NCBI GenBank assembly: GCA_963702895.1
Contig: OY969767.1
Location: 384,001-448,000 of the forward strand
DNA length: 64,000 nt
From: an uncultured Elusimicrobia bacterium
Lineage (GTDB): Bacteria > Elusimicrobiota > Elusimicrobia > 2-01-FULL-59-12
Reading direction: 5' to 3'
The notes below the pieces were generated by a model. The model searched no databases and was not told where the DNA came from. It worked only from the letters and a program-made list of their open reading frames with translations. Below, in pieces: positions 61,382 through 64,000 of the stretch (positions are counted from its first letter, which is position 1; each line of letters starts with the position of its first letter). A program made the translations under genes and the position numbers.

Positions 61382-62407
61382 TCAAGCATTTTTTAGGATC
61401 CGAGGATTGACTGACCTATAGTCAGCAAGATACGGTGACTTTGTGCGCAGTACGGCACAGATAATGCGCAAGAGTTTGTTGGCAATGTTGTTGAGCGCCA
61501 AGCGTTTGGCTTTTCCGGCTTGTACTTTTCTTTCAAAGTAGTGCCTGAACTGCTGATGATGTGTGCGAAGGGATCGGGCTGCCAGGTGCAATAGCTTGCG
61601 GATGATGTCCGGACCGATCCCGCGAGAGCTTGCATTCTTGCGCACGGAAGTTCCGCTGGAGTGTTCGAGTGGGCACATGCCCAAATACGAGGCGATGCGG
61701 CGGGGTTCCAGGGATCGCGTAAAGCCTTGGCTGATGACCATCAAATGGGCCGTCAAGAGTCGGCCCACCCCAGGGATGGTGAGCAGCAAGCTCACCATGG
61801 GGCCAATGGTGGGGTGGTTTGAGATCAGTTGATCCAAGGCCTGATCGATTTTTTTGATCTGTTCTTTGAGATGGCGGATGGTGTCCAGGAAGCTTTGTTC
61901 GGCGAGGATCGTGCGAACGACTTTCCGGCTGATGGCCGACAAGGCATTTTGATTGGCGGTCATCTGGCCGGTCAGCTGCTCGCGCGTCGTCAGAAGAACA
62001 CGGACTTGTTCGATCAAGGCTTCCGAGGGTTTCCAGAACGCGAGTTGATCGAAAAAGCGCCAGGCATATTCGGCGAGCTGGCGGCTATCGATGGGGTCGC
62101 TTTTGGCTCCCAGGGGGTGAAAGGCGCGTTTGGTTTTATGCGGCGCCTCCACCGACACCGGATAGCCTTTGGCACAGAGCCAGTAGCAGAGCTGCTCCGC
62201 ATAAACACCGGTGGCTTCCATGCAGACCACGGTATTGGTGGAATCGACTCCGCGTTTCTTAAACCAGGCTTCGAATTCCTCAAAGCCGGCGGGTGTATTG
62301 GCGAGCGTCTGATGTTTGGAATACTTTTGTTCGGCTGAGCTGTAATGTGTTGCGCTGAAGGTTTGATCGGCGATATCAACGCCTATGTAATGGAGAGGTG
62401 GGTTCAT
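61382..62407 (-). CDS. IS110-family DEDD recombinase
   Basis: YIGVDIA, CMEATG, KSDPIDS, IPGVG, HSSGTS; AAGGAG RBS before ATG 62407. Confidence 0.95.
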   Translation of the reverse strand: MNPPLHYIGVDIADQTFSATHYSSAEQKYSKHQTLANTPAGFEEFEAWFKKRGVDSTNTVVCMEATGVYAEQLCYWLCAKGYPVSVEAPHKTKRAFHPLGAKSDPIDSRQLAEYAWRFFDQLAFWKPSEALIEQVRVLLTTREQLTGQMTANQNALSAISRKVVRTILAEQSFLDTIRHLKEQIKKIDQALDQLISNHPTIGPMVSLLLTIPGVGRLLTAHLMVISQGFTRSLEPRRIASYLGMCPLEHSSGTSVRKNASSRGIGPDIIRKLLHLAARSLRTHHQQFRHYFERKVQAGKAKRLALNNIANKLLRIICAVLRTKSPYLADYRSVNPRILKNA

Positions 62408-62424
62408 AAGGCTCCTTTTTGTAA

Positions 62425-62598
62425 GTGCCGACATTCGTGATGCGAGCTTTGCCTATTAAGGGTTTTTATGACATCACTTCTATCTAGCTTTGGATCACGA
62501 AAGAATGGGGTCTTTACCGGGGTATGGTTTTCACCTTGGCGAAAGTTAGACTTATTCCATTCTTGTCGGTGTCTTCTTCTAGAGTCTACAAAGACTCG
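62425..62598 (-). ncRNA. Predicted bridge RNA
   Basis: 5' hairpin, then a target loop with CTTTCGCC and ACCCCGG and a donor loop with ATAGAAGT and TAATAGG, closed by CCGACA/TGTCGG. Confidence 0.85.
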
Positions 62599-62766
62599 AG
62601 AAAAGTCTAATAGGCGAAAGCCGGCCCTCCAGACGCCCGGCGGGCCGGGTCGCCGGACTTGTGGAGACCCGGGGTCCAGTTCAACGACGATGGACTGGAT
62701 CCCGGTTTTCACCGGGATGACGACAACTGCAGATTCCGGGCTAACGGTGTAAGGAAGTGGTCTTGA

Positions 62767-63489
62767 TCAGTCCAGGCGATAGCCGAAGCCGATGACGGTT
62801 TTGATTCGGCTGGAAAAGGATTCTCCCAGTTTCTTTTTTAGGCGGGAGACGTGGACTTCCACCGTGTGGGGATCGTTGTAGGTCTCTGGCTCATAACCCC
62901 AAACGCTTTTCAGAAGCGTGAGGGGGGAAAGGATGTTCTTGGGTTTCCGGAGGAGCTCCATCAGAAGGTCAAATTCCTTGCGGGTCAAGGCGACATCCTT
63001 GCCTTCGACCTGCACGCGGCGCTCCGTGACGTTCAAAGTGAGGTTGTAATAGCGGAGCGTTTGCTCCAGCTCCTCCGGCGCTTTGACCCGCCGGAGCACC
63101 GCCTGAATCTTGGCCAGAAGCAGGTCCGGGTTCAGAGGCTTGAGGAGATAGTCGTCCGCCCCGCCTTGCAGGCCGTCGACCACGTCTTCCTGCTCCATCC
63201 GTTCGCCCGAGATCAGGATCACGGGAATCTTTTCGGCCGCCGGATTTTTCTTCAGGGCGGCGCAGATCTCCACCCCGTTTTCCTTTTCCAGCAGCACGTC
63301 CATGAGCACCAGATCAGGACGCTCCTTCAGCACAAGGGGCAGCACTTCGGAGCCACGGCGGCAAACCGTGACGAGGCAGCCGGCCTTGGTCAGCCAGGTT
63401 TTGGCCATGTCCCGAAGCACGGCATCATCATCGGCGATCAGAATACGAGTGGGCGATGTCACAAGATTGATTTTATCAAAGACGATCAT
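62767..63489 (-). CDS. OmpR/PhoB-family response regulator
   Basis: Receiver domain plus LTRKEFDLL...VWG...VEVHVSRLKKKL...GFGYR. Confidence 0.93.
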   Translation of the reverse strand: MIVFDKINLVTSPTRILIADDDAVLRDMAKTWLTKAGCLVTVCRRGSEVLPLVLKERPDLVLMDVLLEKENGVEICAALKKNPAAEKIPVILISGERMEQEDVVDGLQGGADDYLLKPLNPDLLLAKIQAVLRRVKAPEELEQTLRYYNLTLNVTERRVQVEGKDVALTRKEFDLLMELLRKPKNILSPLTLLKSVWGYEPETYNDPHTVEVHVSRLKKKLGESFSSRIKTVIGFGYRLD

Positions 63490-63591
63490 ACGACATGACA
63501 CAACATTGCACGAAATCAGGACCCCAAGGTCCCTCACCGGCCGCGCATTATGAAGGCAGGGACGACCAGAAGCAGGAAATCTTTAGAGGTA

Positions 63592-63880
63592 GGTTGCCTC
63601 CTCTTTCCCTGGAGCAGACGCCTGCTCGCTCCAGCGAAATTTCCCCCTCCATGGCCCTAGCCCTGCAGGGCCACGGAGGGTCAGCGTTTTGGCTTCGGGC
63701 AGCCTGCGGAACTCGGACCCTTTCCCAAAAGCATAGTGGTAGGTCCTCGCACAGTCCTCCGCCACTGGGTCTCTGGCGGACGCCAACGTCGTAGTGGCGT
63801 CGGCTTGGCACACCCTCGCCAAAACGCTTGAAATTTCGAGTCGCTCGCCAGGCTCCCGCTCCTGGGAAAGAGGTGCAACT
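63592..63880 (-). ncRNA. Unidentified ~290-nt highly structured element (ncRNA or palindromic DNA element)
   Basis: Nested long-range stems with G-U pairs that favour the minus strand; see findings. Confidence 0.45.
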
Positions 63881-64000
63881 CCATCTTGATAACAGGAACA
63901 TCTTTTGTCGTGGGGGAGAGAGGCAGCGAACGACTCGCGGACGGCGGCCGGGTGGTGAGCGCGTCTAGCCGAGGATGGTTGAGCCTCGACCTTTGATGTA

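Larger units (their letters stand above)
61366..62612 (-). mobile_element. IS110-family element (IS621-like layout) inserted in a REP stem
   Basis: No TIRs; about 200-nt non-coding region 5' of the recombinase; boundaries defined by comparison with empty REP copies. Confidence 0.92.
61334..62744 (+). mobile_element. REP-carrying MITE split by IS110, with CTAA duplication
   Basis: CTAA-CCGGGAAACTGCAGTTGCCGTCACCCC | GGCGAAAGCC...AGATTCCGGG-CTAA; the rejoined REP matches the 40559-40697 copy. Confidence 0.88.

Noticed and set aside
63690..63800. Cobalamin riboswitch (minus-strand ACTGT..CCACT..GGGAAAG..CTGCC)
   Set aside because: The conserved AGGGAA/CCGGTG front half is missing and the downstream gene is not B12-related.
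63965..64000. 3' end of a minus-strand gene (..YIKGRGSTILG*)
   Set aside because: Eleven codons are too few to identify.

Overview
Bacterial chromosomal window with diderm-type gene content (lipoproteins, beta-barrels, Omp85). It carries housekeeping and accessory genes: an alpha-2-macroglobulin with a multi-pass membrane N-terminus, hflK/hflC, a frameshifted katG, tesA-ybbA-ybbP, a Fic-HTH protein, an Npsr-like rhodanese fusion, a BrnT toxin-antitoxin pair, carB, a c-di-AMP riboswitch ahead of a KimA-like K+ transporter, and a two-component/GGDEF cluster. The most striking content is intergenic and nested. A MITE family with YTAR target duplications carries CGTC-type REP doublets. Some REP arms contain repeated 24-nt hairpin modules. 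Two different IS110-family elements sit inside copies of this MITE. For both, I can read candidate RNA guide segments in the element's own non-coding end that match the reconstructed target and the circle junction, and each junction would create a sigma70-type promoter. There are also deleted derivatives of TIR-flanked HUH (RAYT-like) elements, 11-12-bp periodic repeat arrays, many apparently leaderless genes, and an unexplained ~290-nt structured element. All calls come from manual reading; no searches or folding programs were run.
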